DNA of 49,930 bases from Octopus bimaculoides (taxonomy: Eukaryota). Of the stretch, positions 49,731 to 49,930 are shown piece after piece. How positions within the stretch are numbered: the stretch's first letter is position 1; every line of letters begins with the position of its first letter. Under the pieces are notes generated by a model. The model was given only the letters and a program-made list of their open reading frames with translations. It was not told the DNA's origin and ran no database searches. Location: NCBI RefSeq assembly GCF_001194135.2, contig NC_068996.1:57066023-57115952 (forward strand), written 5' to 3'. The translations under genes and the position numbers were made by a program.

Positions 49731-49930
49731 TGTAGTGAAACTACCTCCCGCCATTAGATACAAACTACTATCGCCATTACAGACAATCTTCTCATTTAAA
49801 TATAAATAAATGCGAGCGTAGTAGAGAACCCATTCCTTGTCATCACGTGACTGATCATTATTCGAATCGGCAACTTCTTCGAACCGTTCCCGCCAGAATG
49901 CAAACTGACCAATCACGGCCCCTAATAAGG
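49731..49930. mobile_element. Probable LTR end inserted into the SINE
   Basis: Starts TGTAGTG exactly where SINE similarity stops; contains TATAAATAAA and CCAATCA motifs; truncated by the window edge. Confidence 0.45.

Overview
Repeat-saturated metazoan genomic DNA, not prokaryotic. The SINE families and microsatellite load look like a coleoid cephalopod (octopus); this is from recall, not verified by search. The only host coding sequence I can support is two small + strand exons (24859-25085 and 27901-28072). They splice in frame to ...SSFFAR|[14 protein letters not shown]...[10 protein letters not shown]...PGIGK, the conserved stretch just before the motor domain of kinesin-11 (KIF26A/B, vab-8). 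Most or all of the window is therefore probably intron of a KIF26-like gene. The rest is decayed mobile DNA: a Gypsy LTR element with an in-frame loss of RT/RNase H, RTE LINEs with a PHD-like finger inside the RT region, many RTE 3' tails, two CR1-like LINE 3' ends, a Penelope-like element (RT + GIY-YIG), three Tc1/mariner elements (one with a countable DD37D/maT triad), two tRNA-headed SINE families, microsatellites and about ten N gaps. The best second-look signals are structural: hammerhead-ribozyme-like motifs in Penelope-type ends, a 439-bp foldback, a 32-bp hairpin, a GCCAGT-N8-ACTGGC stem-loop module, and inverted repeats bracketing an exon. I found no CRISPR array, rRNA or true tRNA gene, and no novel protein-coding system that I can support. 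Most ORF-track entries are microsatellite or N-gap artefacts.
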